Source: Nitrospirota bacterium (GTDB lineage: Bacteria; Nitrospirota; UBA9217). From it: a DNA stretch of 64,000 bases. Made by a program: the position numbers and the translations under genes. This document shows positions 47,724-57,925 of the stretch, in pieces. Location: positions 320,001-384,000 of the forward strand of contig CAWJQQ010000005.1 of NCBI GenBank assembly GCA_963845065.1, written 5' to 3'. A model generated the notes under the pieces. It did not search any database. It was not told the origin of the DNA and worked only from the letters and a program-made list of their open reading frames with translations. The stretch's first letter is position 1, and every line of letters starts with the position of its first letter.

Positions 47724-49556
47724 ATGACCAGTTATCGACAAAATGTTTTAAAAGTGGAGCACATTGTCTGGAATTTAAAACCACTATTCGCGGGGGATAC
47801 TGATGCGCGAATGGTTGAAAAAAGAAAAATCGTAGAGCAGAAAAGCTATGAGTTCATCAACGAGTGGAAAGACCGCACAGATTACCTCGAAGATCCACTC
47901 ACCCTCAGGGAGGCACTCGACCAGTACGAATCATGGAAGCGCCACTTCGGGACTGATGGGGATGAAGGGTACTATTTCTGGCTTAGGACTCAGCAGGACC
48001 AGATCGACGCAAAGCTCAAAGCCAAATTCAACAAAATAGAAGACTTTAGCAAGAAGCTGGAGAACGAGAGCCAGTTTTTTTATCTTCGCATCGCAAGGAT
48101 CAAGCCGGAGGCCCAGAAGAAGTTTCTCGAGCATGAGGCCCTCATAAAATATCGTCACTTCCTGGAGCGTATCTTTGCCGAATCACATTATCATCTGAGC
48201 GAACCAGAAGAAAAAATATTGAACCTCAAATCGGCAACGTCCTATACAAACTGGACGAAAATGACGTCGGCTTTCCTCTCCAAGGAAGAGCGGAGCGTCC
48301 TAACCGAAAAAGGTAAGAAGAAAGTTATGCCATTCACTGAGATCATAGGCCTCATGAACAGTAAAAACAAACGGGTCTGCGATTCTGCAGCACAGGCCTT
48401 CAACGAAATCCTGCATGAGAATGTGGAGATCGCCGAAGCAGAGCTCAATTCAGTGCTTGCAAACAAGAAAATCGACGATGAGCTCCGCAGTTCACCGAGG
48501 CCGGATACGCTTCGGCACCTTGCCGATGACATTGAGAGCGAGGTTGTGGATACTCTGATCGATTCCGTAGCAGGTCGTTTTGATATCTCGACGCGGTATT
48601 ATGCACTGAAGGCGAAAATGCTCAAGGTTAGAAAACTTGAGTATCATGAACGAAACGTGGAGTATGGTATAGTCGCGAAGCATTTTCCCTATCAACAGTC
48701 AGTGAATCTCGTCTACACAGTCATGAACAAGTTAGATAGGAAGTTTGGGGAGGTTTTTGCCAGTTTCATTAAAAAAGGCCAGATCGATGCCTACCCACGT
48801 AAGGGCAAGGACAGCGGCGCCTTCTGTATCCATCATCTCATTACCCAACCAACATACATCCTCCTAAACCATACGAATAAATTGCATGATGTTCTTACGA
48901 TAGCTCACGAGCTTGGTCACGGAATCAACAACGAGTTGATAAGGGCAAAACAGCACGCACTGGATTTCGGTACGCCGACTTCTACTGCCGAGGTTGCGAG
49001 TACATTCATGGAGGATTTTGTACTCGAAGAGATCATCCAGTCCGCCAATGAGGAATTGCGACTAGCAATAATGATGCAGAAATTGAATGACGATGTATCG
49101 TCCATCTTCCGGCAGGTTGCGTGCTACCGATTCGAACAGGAGCTCCACAAGGAATTTCGCGCCAACGGGTACCTCTCGAAGGAAGAGATCGGTGAACTAT
49201 TTCAGAAGCACATGGCTGCGTATATGGGCAAGGCCGTGGAGCAGTCTGCGGGCTCGGAGAACTGGTGGGTTTACTGGAACCATATCCGGTATTTCTTCTA
49301 CGTCTATTCCTATGCGAGCGGCCTCCTGATTTCCAAATCGCTTCAGCACTCGGTAAAGGTGGACCCCGCCTTCATTGTTAAGGTAAAAGAATTCCTGTCC
49401 GCCGGTCTTTCCGAATCGCCGAAGAATATTTTTAGCCGGCTTGGGATCGACATATCGGATACGCAATTCTGGAACAAAGGGCTGGATGAAGTTGAAAAGT
49501 TGCTGGATGATACCGAGCAGCTAGCGAAAAGATTGGGGAAGATAAAGGGAAAATAA
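47724..49556 (+). CDS. Oligoendopeptidase F (M3B)
   Basis: W.L..LF, GKDSGAFC, AHELGH (HEXXH), AEVAS, H...FYVYSYA. Confidence 0.9.
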   Translation: MTSYRQNVLKVEHIVWNLKPLFAGDTDARMVEKRKIVEQKSYEFINEWKDRTDYLEDPLTLREALDQYESWKRHFGTDGDEGYYFWLRTQQDQIDAKLKAKFNKIEDFSKKLENESQFFYLRIARIKPEAQKKFLEHEALIKYRHFLERIFAESHYHLSEPEEKILNLKSATSYTNWTKMTSAFLSKEERSVLTEKGKKKVMPFTEIIGLMNSKNKRVCDSAAQAFNEILHENVEIAEAELNSVLANKKIDDELRSSPRPDTLRHLADDIESEVVDTLIDSVAGRFDISTRYYALKAKMLKVRKLEYHERNVEYGIVAKHFPYQQSVNLVYTVMNKLDRKFGEVFASFIKKGQIDAYPRKGKDSGAFCIHHLITQPTYILLNHTNKLHDVLTIAHELGHGINNELIRAKQHALDFGTPTSTAEVASTFMEDFVLEEIIQSANEELRLAIMMQKLNDDVSSIFRQVACYRFEQELHKEFRANGYLSKEEIGELFQKHMAAYMGKAVEQSAGSENWWVYWNHIRYFFYVYSYASGLLISKSLQHSVKVDPAFIVKVKEFLSAGLSESPKNIFSRLGIDISDTQFWNKGLDEVEKLLDDTEQLAKRLGKIKGK

Positions 49557-49689
49557 AGGAATTGTCAGGCTTATCGGTTTCACTTTTTCATTACCAGCTT
49601 CAATCCCGGCCTGACTTTATCCACGGAAGATGCGTTAATACCAACGTGGAGAGGGGACAATGCAACGTCACTGACTGTGTTGATAAATG

Positions 49690-49817
49690 TTGGGTGATTA
49701 GTGTAATTCGAGCTACCGTCGTTGTGTCTTTTAATGGGATTTTTCAGATTTGATGTATTTAAAAAAGAAAAAAAGGAGTGATCTGGTTTGCTATGAAGAA
49801 TATAAACGTAAATGGAA
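49690..49817 (-). pseudogene. GIY-YIG nuclease remnant downstream of tRNA-Asp
   Basis: IYVYILHSKPDHSFF...TSNLKNPIKRHNDGSSNYT resembles the small GIY-YIG N-terminus but YIG and a start codon are lost. Confidence 0.55.
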
Positions 49818-49835
49818 TTTCGCGGCAATAAACAC

Positions 49836-49912
<77 letters not shown>

Positions 49913-49938
49913 CGTTTTTTGAACTATTTATTTTAATA

Positions 49939-50014
49939 TGGTAGGCGGAACAGGGATCGAACCTGTGACCCCAGCCTTGTAAGGGCTGTGCTCTCCCAGC
50001 TGAGCTATCCGCCC
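49939..50014 (-). tRNA. tRNA-Val(TAC)
   Basis: Cloverleaf, anticodon loop CTTACAA, GGTTCGAT T-loop, encoded CCA. Confidence 0.97.
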
Positions 50015-50109
50015 GTTCCAACCACTTGGAGAGTGGTAATATCTATTATTCTTGCAAAAATGTCAAGCGAAATTTATCCCTTAGTACAGACATAGCCGCG
50101 AAAAGGTTC

Positions 50110-50580
50110 CTATTTTTTCAACGCCGGACTTATCAAGAGCAGGAGTATCCCATCGGCGAGAAGCAGCAAGTTAAGTGATGCACTTACAGCGTGAAGCCTA
50201 CTGAACCGCTTCCGCGCCGGAGAGTCTGGTGGCTCGCGTTCGAATGATATGATCAGTTGCTTGACGCGAACCGTGTCGGGATGAAGCTTGAAAACAATGT
50301 ACGCGTTTATAAAAAGGGCAATCGTCACAAGAAAGAGCGAAAGACGGGCCGTCGTAGTGCTCTGATCACCCGCAATCAGGAAAAACATGATGAGTGCAAG
50401 GGCGGCGATGGCCAAATTATAAAGAAAATAGCCGGGAAAGAGTTTGCCAACAATCTCGCCAGCCTGATCCCTGCTGAAAGTACGGAATATCGCAGGCGTG
50501 ATGTTGAAAGTAAAAACCGCGATACCGCCTACCCAAAGGGCAAGAATGAGAATGTAAATAGACCTCCACGATAGTATCAT
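50110..50580 (-). CDS. DUF4149/TMEM205-like membrane protein
   Basis: W.GG......P.IF, AGEIVGKLFP.YF, F.RLH..S..LN; four TM segments. Confidence 0.8.
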   Translation of the reverse strand: MILSWRSIYILILALWVGGIAVFTFNITPAIFRTFSRDQAGEIVGKLFPGYFLYNLAIAALALIMFFLIAGDQSTTTARLSLFLVTIALFINAYIVFKLHPDTVRVKQLIISFEREPPDSPARKRFSRLHAVSASLNLLLLADGILLLLISPALKK

Positions 50581-50581
50581 G

Positions 50582-52486
50582 CTACTCCCTGAACGACATG
50601 GTCAATTCGTATACCCCGCCGTCGTTATGTCTATCGATAATGAACCCCATTTTTTCGAACAGGTGGAGCATCTGTTGGTTCTCCATCAATACTGCTGCAG
50701 TGAAACCGAGGAGGCCCTTCTTCTTTCCAAGGTACGTGATATAGTCAAGGAGTGAAGCACCGATGCCTTTCCCCTGATAATCGTCGCGAACGACAAACGC
50801 CACTTCGGCAGTGTGCCTGGTCGCATCGATCAGGTACTGGGCCATCCCCACGATCAATTCCTTCTCATCCTGCGGGATTACGGCAAGAATCAGCATTTCC
50901 TTGGTGTAGTCTATTACAACAAAAGGCTGCAAGCGGTCGTGGTGCATGTCCGTCCGAGTCGAGATAAAACGGCGGTACATGGAGTCGTTCGACAAAGAAT
51001 AGAAGAAGTCCTTCAGTAGGTGCTCATCGGAAAGTCTTACGGGGCGGAGAAGCAAGGATAGGCCTGTTTTCGTGGTCCGGGGGGTTTCTAGTTCCTCTGG
51101 GTAGACACCTTGATCGCCGGAAATGAAAGCTTGATCGCGGTATATCAGGCCGTTCTCCTTGGCTTCATCTATGAGCAGTTGACGGAATTTCGGGTGTGCG
51201 ATTGAGATCAAATCCATGGCGCGTTCGCGGATGTTCTTGCCGTGAAGATAGGCAATACCATACTCAGTGACTACATAGTGGATGTCGCCGCGAGAGAGCG
51301 TTACGCCCGCGCCTACCCTGAGATATGGGACGATGCGTGATATTTCGCCGTCTTCAGCGGTGGACTGTATTGCCAGAATAGTCTTGCCGCCCTTGGACAG
51401 GATCGCGCCACGCATGAAATCGGCCTGACCGCCGATGCCGCTGTAAAAGAGCTTTCCCAGAGACTCCGCCGTCGCCTGGCCAGACAAGTCGATCTCGAGG
51501 GCGCTGTTGATTGCGGTCATGTTTTTCTGTCGCGCCAACACCGTGGGATTGTTGGTGTAATCTACAGGTCGAAACTCGATGGCCGGATTGTCATGCAGAT
51601 AGTCGTAGGTGGATTGCTTGCCCATGCAAAATGCAGCGACGGTTTTGCCCCGATTAAGCTCCTTGCGGGAGTTGTCGATGACACGCGCCTGCATGAGATC
51701 GACGACGCCGTCGGTCAGCAGTTCTGTATGCACGCCAAGATGCTCCTTTTTCTTCAGATGTGCGAGGATCGCATTCGGGATGCTCCCATACCCGACTTGG
51801 ATTGTGTCCCCGTCCTGCACGATGCGGGCAACGTAGGTGCCTATCTTCTGGCTGATCTCGTCAGAGACTGAGTCGCTGTATTCCAGGAGCGGCTCTTCGT
51901 AGGTAATGATGAAGTTCACTTCATTGATGTTGATGAATGTTTCACCGAGAACGCGTGGCATACGGGGGTTCACCTGGGCAATGACGAGCGCTGCATTCTC
52001 CGTGGCGGCTTTTACGATGTCAACGCTGATGCCAAGACTCATAAACCCGTGTTCGTCGGGTAGCGATGTCTGGATCAGTGCCACATCCACTGGTACGAGT
52101 TTCTGCCTGAACAGGCCGGGAACTTGGGAGAGAAAGACCGGGGTATAATCGGCCAGCCCCTGGTTCACTGCCCCGCGCGCATTGTTCCCGATGAAAAAGG
52201 AGTTGCGCCGGAAGTTGTCCTTGAACTTGTCGTCGGCGTAGGGCGCGACACCCAGGGTCCAGACCTGGAGCAGCTCCGCGTCGAAGAAGGCCTTAGGATG
52301 GGAACGAACGTAGTTGATCAGTTCCTTTACGAGCCATTGCGGCTCTCCGCAGCCCGTGCCGATAAAGATCCTGTTTCCGGGATGGATGGTACTGAAGATC
52401 CGCTCTGTCGTAGGGAACTTTTCGGGATAGAGAGCTTTAACGGCCTCAATTTTGATCAAATCCTGGTTAACCACAGTATCTCCCAT
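50582..52486 (-). CDS. Acetyl-CoA hydrolase/CoA-transferase fused to C-terminal GNAT acetyltransferase
   Basis: GTGCGEP, GVHTE, SGIGGQADF.RGA, VTEYG.A.L.GK..RERA; GNAT AEVAFVVRDDYQGKGIG. Confidence 0.9.
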   Translation of the reverse strand: MGDTVVNQDLIKIEAVKALYPEKFPTTERIFSTIHPGNRIFIGTGCGEPQWLVKELINYVRSHPKAFFDAELLQVWTLGVAPYADDKFKDNFRRNSFFIGNNARGAVNQGLADYTPVFLSQVPGLFRQKLVPVDVALIQTSLPDEHGFMSLGISVDIVKAATENAALVIAQVNPRMPRVLGETFININEVNFIITYEEPLLEYSDSVSDEISQKIGTYVARIVQDGDTIQVGYGSIPNAILAHLKKKEHLGVHTELLTDGVVDLMQARVIDNSRKELNRGKTVAAFCMGKQSTYDYLHDNPAIEFRPVDYTNNPTVLARQKNMTAINSALEIDLSGQATAESLGKLFYSGIGGQADFMRGAILSKGGKTILAIQSTAEDGEISRIVPYLRVGAGVTLSRGDIHYVVTEYGIAYLHGKNIRERAMDLISIAHPKFRQLLIDEAKENGLIYRDQAFISGDQGVYPEELETPRTTKTGLSLLLRPVRLSDEHLLKDFFYSLSNDSMYRRFISTRTDMHHDRLQPFVVIDYTKEMLILAVIPQDEKELIVGMAQYLIDATRHTAEVAFVVRDDYQGKGIGASLLDYITYLGKKKGLLGFTAAVLMENQQMLHLFEKMGFIIDRHNDGGVYELTMSFRE

Positions 52487-52587
52487 TGTGCTGAGTATAG
52501 CAAAAATCTAGCAGTTTGACCTTTTTTACTTCATATTAAAACAGTTGTGTTGGAATTGTATACCCTAGAAATCCCCCTTTGAAAAGC

Positions 52588-52616
52588 TTGACAGGTGCGC
52601 CTTGATTCTATAGTAT
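52588..52616 (+). promoter_or_regulatory. sigma70 promoter
   Basis: TTGACA-17bp-TAGTAT upstream of 52719 ORF. Confidence 0.6.
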
Positions 52617-52718
52617 AGACAAAAAAAACAGTTTACTGCCGAATGCGGTTTTGGCTATATCTAAAACTTTCGCCGCAGTATCGCGAAGGAACACGGGCAA
52701 AGGACAAGGAGGGGGCTT

Positions 52719-53084
52719 ATGACTTCAGAGCGGGTCAAGTTCATCAACCATGGAGGAAGAGACATTCTCTTCTTGAATTTTGTCGACTGCAGTGCGAACG
52801 ATGTACTTCAGATCATAGATGAGGCTAAGCATGTCATCGGAACGCAGCCAGAGGGCTCATTACTTACGCTTACGGATGTGACCAATGCGCGGTTCAACGA
52901 GGTCGTGACTGAGCGTATGAAGGATTTCACGACCCATAACAAGCCCTACGTAAAAGCAGCTGCCATTATCGGTATCAGCGGGATCAAAAAAATTATCTTT
53001 GAGGCGGTCATGATGTTTTCAAGACGAAAGATACATATTTTCAATGATATAAACGAAGCCAAGGTCTGGTTGATCACGAATTGA
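52719..53084 (+). CDS. Hypothetical STAS/SpoIIAA-like small protein
   Basis: 121 aa, strong RBS AGGAGGGG; C-terminal 'F.D..EA..WL' motif typical of SpoIIAA-like proteins. Confidence 0.65.
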   Translation: MTSERVKFINHGGRDILFLNFVDCSANDVLQIIDEAKHVIGTQPEGSLLTLTDVTNARFNEVVTERMKDFTTHNKPYVKAAAIIGISGIKKIIFEAVMMFSRRKIHIFNDINEAKVWLITN

Positions 53085-53167
53085 ATAAGTCACTGATCAT
53101 TTAGAAAAGGTTCTTCCATTCTCAATTATTTATTGTATATTAATATTTTGTATGATATAAAATTTTA

Positions 53168-53734
53168 ATGAAACTAAGCGTATGGGCAAAACAACAGGGC
53201 ATAACTTATCAGGCCGCATGGAAGTGGTGGAAGGCCGGCAAACTGCCAGTTGAAGCAGAACAGATGCCAACTGGGACGATAATTATTAAGGAGCAAAAAG
53301 CCATTCCTGGGGGTGTTGCACTTTATGCTCGAGTATCCAGTCATGGCCAGAGGAAAAATCTTGATGCCCAACTTGGCCGGCTTGCTGCGTATGCTGCATC
53401 TAAAGGCTTGTCAGTCTCCAAAGCGGTTGCGGAAATTGGTTCTGGTCTTAACGGGCATGGACCAAAACTGATGAAGCTGCTTATGGATCCTAATATAAGC
53501 AGTCTTGTAGTAGAGCATCGTGATAGGCTTATGCGTTTTGGCTCAGAATACGTAGAATCATCTCTGCAAGCTCAGGGGCGTAAGATTATTATTGTTGATC
53601 AGTCTGAGTTTAAGGACGATTTGGTGCAGGACATGAGAGAGGTGCTGACATCATTCTGCGCCAGGCTCTATGGACGCAAGTCCGCAGCAAATAAAGCAAA
53701 GAAAGCGCTTGACGCGATGGAGAATAGTAAGTAG
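53168..53734 (+). mobile_element. tnpA: IS607-family serine transposase TnpA (no tnpB follows)
   Basis: MKLS.WAK..GI.Y..AW.W HTH; YARVSS catalytic Ser; EIGSGLN, VVEHRDRL.RFG, DLVQD...LTSFCARLYG. Confidence 0.92.
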
Positions 53735-54475
53735 CAAAGAAACAGACCAGAATGGCAGTGACAAGGACGTTCATTCACAGATCATGCTTTGTTAAGGGAT
53801 TTCTCATATCTTAATTAAAAGAATGCCCTTTACCATATCCTCGATGATATGGGTACTTTATATGGCCACAGCAAACGCACTTTTTTGAGACAGTGTCAGG
53901 TCTGGGCAAAAACCCCTAGATTTCAAAAAATGATTATCTCAAGGAGTACGGGATTACAGCCTGGCAGTTCAATGCTATCCGATACGACCTTGATGGGGAT
54001 ATTAATTCAGCGATGGAGATGTCTAAGATTCGGATCCCGAATCTAAAAGATAGAAATTAAATCCGTAAAGAAGTGGATCAAGTCCAAAGAAACAAAGGTT
54101 CGAATAATCCAAAATAACAATACTGTATCTCCCTCTGATCGGGCACAATAACTGAATAATATTCAATTCGCAATTGATAACAAAAATGGCAAGGTTAATC
54201 AGTTGGAAACACTTTTTGTCCAAAATAGGTTTTATCTTGGGCAGTATTTTTTTGGTATGGCGAGCAGTCCTGATATCTGCTTTTATGATCACCTTCCTTC
54301 ATTTCAGTCCTTTTGGTGATTAACACCATGGACAATCCTCATAAAGATCCAATACCTTGATGTGACTTCTCCGTGAACAAACACCTATTCACGCCTCTCG
54401 TGGTCTTCAAAGTTATATTTTTTCACCGCGCCACCCTTGACCACTTGCGGATTCTCAACTACACTTACAAGTATC

Positions 54476-56578
54476 ATGCTCGAATCCTTATTCAACCCGA
54501 GCGCCATAGCAATTATCGGTGCGTCCGCTGATCCCAAAAAAGTTGGACATGCGGTCCTGAAGAATCTCCAGATGTACAAATTTAAGGGTTCCCTTTTTCC
54601 CGTCAATCCAGCCTGCGAAAAGATCCTGGGACTCCAGGCCTACGCAAAAATATCGGACATCAAACACTGCATTGATCTTGCAATCATCGTCATTCCCGCC
54701 AAACTCGTTCCCGCTTCACTACGGGAGTGCGCAGCCTGCGGTATCGCGAACGCCGTCGTTATCAGCGCGGGATTCAAGGAATCGGGCGCGGGTGGTACGG
54801 TCCTCGAAGAGGAAATCAAGGCGATTAGCAATGAAATGCATATTCGAATCCTGGGACCAAACTGCCTTGGCTTGATAAACACCGCCACGGATATGAATGC
54901 CACTTTTGCCGCGGATATGCTGCCAAAAGGGTCTATCGGCTTCTTTTCCCAGTCCGGCGCTATGGGCATCGCGATTATGGATTGGGCGATCGGGAACGAC
55001 GTGGGGTTCTCAAAATTCATCAGCCTGGGGAACAAAGTAGACCTCTCGGAAATTGACTTTATCGAATATTTCATGACCGATCCCGAGACGAACATTATCC
55101 TTGGCTACATCGAGGACGTTGTGGACGGCAAGCGCTTCATGGATGTGGCGCAGAAAGCCACGAAGATCAAGCCAATTATCCTGCTCAAATCCGGCGGCAC
55201 TGAAGCCGGCGCGCGTGCGGCATCTTCTCATACCGGGGCGCTAGCAGGTTCAGATATAGCCTTCGAAGCGGCATTCAAGCAGACCGGTGTAATTCGAGCA
55301 CAGGGTGTGCAGGACCTGTTTGATACGGCGCTTGCTTTTAGCGAGGGCAAGATCCCGGCAGGAAACGGTCTTCTCGTGATCACCAACGCCGGCGGGCCGG
55401 GCATCATAGCCGCAGACACCGCAGAGAGGATGGGCGTAGAATTGCCGCACATGACCAAAGAGAACTTGATGGCAATGGCGCCGAAGCTTCCTCCCAATGC
55501 TTCGATTTTCAATCCCGTGGATGTCATCGGTGATGCAACATCGGAACGTTACGCCGCCGTACTTGAGCAGGCAGCCAAAGACCCGAACGTGGATGGCATG
55601 CTCGTGATCCTCACACCCCAAGCCATGACAGACATGGAGAAGACCGCTGACGTCGTGATTAGAATAGCACAGACAACGGATAAGCCGATCATAACGTCAT
55701 TCATGGGTGAAAAGCGCGTGCGCGCAGGCATCCAGATGCTCAAGGCTGCATCCATTCCAAACTTTTCTTACCCCGAGCTCGCCGTTAAGGCCTTCAAGCG
55801 CCTGTCGGACCAGCGGGCATGGAAGAACTATAAACCCGAAGAGCTTGTGACTTCCTGGTACAACTTTGACGCCGCAGCAGAGACTGTGGCAACTATTCTC
55901 AAAAAAGGAATCAATCAGGTGGGCGAAGACGAGGCCATGCAGATCCTGACGTACTACGGGTTCCAGTTCCCGAAGCATGCGATAGCAAGGACCTCGAAGG
56001 AGGCCGCCGAGAGGGCTTCGACGATCGGTTTCCCCGTCGTGATGAAAATATCGTCCCCAGACATCCTGCACAAGACAGATGTGGGTGGCGTGCGTGTGAA
56101 CGTGAAATCGCCGAAGGAGGCCGAAGATGTGTTTCTGGACATTACGGCGAATGCGCGGCGTATCATGCCTGATGCCTTCATCAAGGGTGTCATGGTCTTC
56201 GAAATGCTCAAAGGCGGCAAGGAAGTGATCCTCGGCGTAACGTATGACCGCACCTTCGGGCATATGATCATGTTCGGCCTCGGCGGCATCTACGTCGAAG
56301 TAATGAAGGACGTGGCCTTCAGGATCGTGCCAGTTGCGCGAAGGGACGCCCTTGCCATGATCAACGAGATCAAGACAATAGGACTTCTGCGCGGTGCACG
56401 CGGCGAGCGGCCCGCGGACATAGACGCTATTGCAAGTTACATCGTAAACCTTTCGTGCCTCGTGTCAGACTTCCCGGACATCCAGGAGCTGGATGTCAAT
56501 CCGCTTATGGTTATGGAAAAGGGCGCCATATCGCTTGATGCAAGGATTATTTTCAAGAATCTGGATGACAAGAAGTGA
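54476..56578 (+). CDS. ADP-forming acetate/acyl-CoA ligase, fused alpha-beta (AcdAB-like)
   Basis: IIGAS, GPNCLG, SQSGA, SSHTGALAG (phospho-His), NPVD; ATP-grasp HKTDVGGV, FGLGGIYVE, ELDVNPL. Confidence 0.92.
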   Translation: MLESLFNPSAIAIIGASADPKKVGHAVLKNLQMYKFKGSLFPVNPACEKILGLQAYAKISDIKHCIDLAIIVIPAKLVPASLRECAACGIANAVVISAGFKESGAGGTVLEEEIKAISNEMHIRILGPNCLGLINTATDMNATFAADMLPKGSIGFFSQSGAMGIAIMDWAIGNDVGFSKFISLGNKVDLSEIDFIEYFMTDPETNIILGYIEDVVDGKRFMDVAQKATKIKPIILLKSGGTEAGARAASSHTGALAGSDIAFEAAFKQTGVIRAQGVQDLFDTALAFSEGKIPAGNGLLVITNAGGPGIIAADTAERMGVELPHMTKENLMAMAPKLPPNASIFNPVDVIGDATSERYAAVLEQAAKDPNVDGMLVILTPQAMTDMEKTADVVIRIAQTTDKPIITSFMGEKRVRAGIQMLKAASIPNFSYPELAVKAFKRLSDQRAWKNYKPEELVTSWYNFDAAAETVATILKKGINQVGEDEAMQILTYYGFQFPKHAIARTSKEAAERASTIGFPVVMKISSPDILHKTDVGGVRVNVKSPKEAEDVFLDITANARRIMPDAFIKGVMVFEMLKGGKEVILGVTYDRTFGHMIMFGLGGIYVEVMKDVAFRIVPVARRDALAMINEIKTIGLLRGARGERPADIDAIASYIVNLSCLVSDFPDIQELDVNPLMVMEKGAISLDARIIFKNLDDKK

Positions 56579-56764
56579 TGTCATATCGAATTAAGGAGAT
56601 AGGATTGCAGAACTGGCTGTGGATCTACCGCATTCTGCTCGGGACACTTTCGCATGGCACGACGACTCATTTTTTTTTTCGAGGTGTGGAACGGAAACGG
56701 ACCATCATTGCTTCTTAATCCGCATTCCGAATCCCGAATACCGTAATTTCTCAAGGAGGTTCTC

Positions 56765-57826
56765 ATGGTTCCCATCCTGGTAGCATCCAACACCGGCTAC
56801 GCCGGACGAACATTCATCTCCCTCGGCCTTGGACTGACGCTCATGGACATGGGCTATAAGGTCGGTATGATGAAGCCCTTTGGGAACGTGCCAGTAAAGG
56901 CCGGAAAGGATGTGTACGATGCTGATGCCCCGTTCATTAAAGAAACTCTCGGTCTCGACGAGGCGCTCGACGTGATCTCGCCTTTCGTCATGAGTTACGA
57001 GGAGCAGACTCTGCTGTTCCAGGGAAAGATCGTGGACGCCAGGAGGCGGGTCATTGCTGCCTTTAAATCGTTCAAGAAAAAAGACTTCATCATCCTCTGT
57101 GGTGCCAGCGATCTCACCGAAGGCTCGCTGCTCGGCATCGATGCCGCGTCGCTTGCCGAAGAACTAAAAGCGAAGGTTCTTCTGGTCGAGCCATGGAGAG
57201 GAGACATCTCTGCAGACTCGCTCTATGGCGCCCGATCATTCCTCAGGAAAAGCTATGCAGGCGGGGTTTTTAACAAAGTACCCGATGCGGCAATGGACTT
57301 CGTAAAAAATACGGTGAAACCATTTCTTGAAAAAAAAGGCATAGCCACATTTGGCGTCATACCCAAGGACAAATTCCTCGAGTCTGTGACAGTGGGTCAG
57401 CTAAACGAGATCCTGAACGGAACGGTGCTATGCAGAGAAGACAAGCTTGACGAATTCGTCGAAAATTTCCTGATCGGCGCTATGGACGTGGATAGTGCCC
57501 TCAGCTATTTTCGCAGGGTCCCGAACAAAGCCGTGATCACCGGCGCACACCGGGCAGACATCCAGCTTGCGGCACTTGAAACTTCGACAAAGTGTATTAT
57601 TCTCACTGGCGGATTCCAGACCAACGAGGTTGTCCTCGGTAAGGCGCGGGCGAGAGGCATCCCCATCCTGTCCGTGCCGAGTGATACGTTTTCAGCCATT
57701 GACAAGATCGAATTCCGCATGGGCAAGACGAGCATCCGCGAGAAGCGAAAAGTCGAGAGGGCAAAGGAGTTAATCAGCGCCGGTTTCGATATGTTCGGTT
57801 TCCTCAAGAAACTGAATAAGGTGTGA
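56765..57826 (+). CDS. BioD-like/DRTGG-domain protein (Pta N-terminal region, no catalytic domain)
   Basis: Degenerate P-loop AGRT, KP.G, IGAM, ITGAHRADIQLAAL, LTGG. Confidence 0.85.
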   Translation: MVPILVASNTGYAGRTFISLGLGLTLMDMGYKVGMMKPFGNVPVKAGKDVYDADAPFIKETLGLDEALDVISPFVMSYEEQTLLFQGKIVDARRRVIAAFKSFKKKDFIILCGASDLTEGSLLGIDAASLAEELKAKVLLVEPWRGDISADSLYGARSFLRKSYAGGVFNKVPDAAMDFVKNTVKPFLEKKGIATFGVIPKDKFLESVTVGQLNEILNGTVLCREDKLDEFVENFLIGAMDVDSALSYFRRVPNKAVITGAHRADIQLAALETSTKCIILTGGFQTNEVVLGKARARGIPILSVPSDTFSAIDKIEFRMGKTSIREKRKVERAKELISAGFDMFGFLKKLNKV

Positions 57827-57925
57827 TTGCAGAAACAAATAGGATAGTATCAAATAGCAAGGCGCAAGTAGCTAGTTTCGGCTTTGTCACTGCTTGGCCC
57901 TTACATATCCCCGTTGGAGGCGTTC

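Noticed and set aside
53760..54400. Short ORFs 53849-54046 and 54023-54292
   Set aside because: No recognisable motifs or RBS; probably decayed AT-rich DNA.
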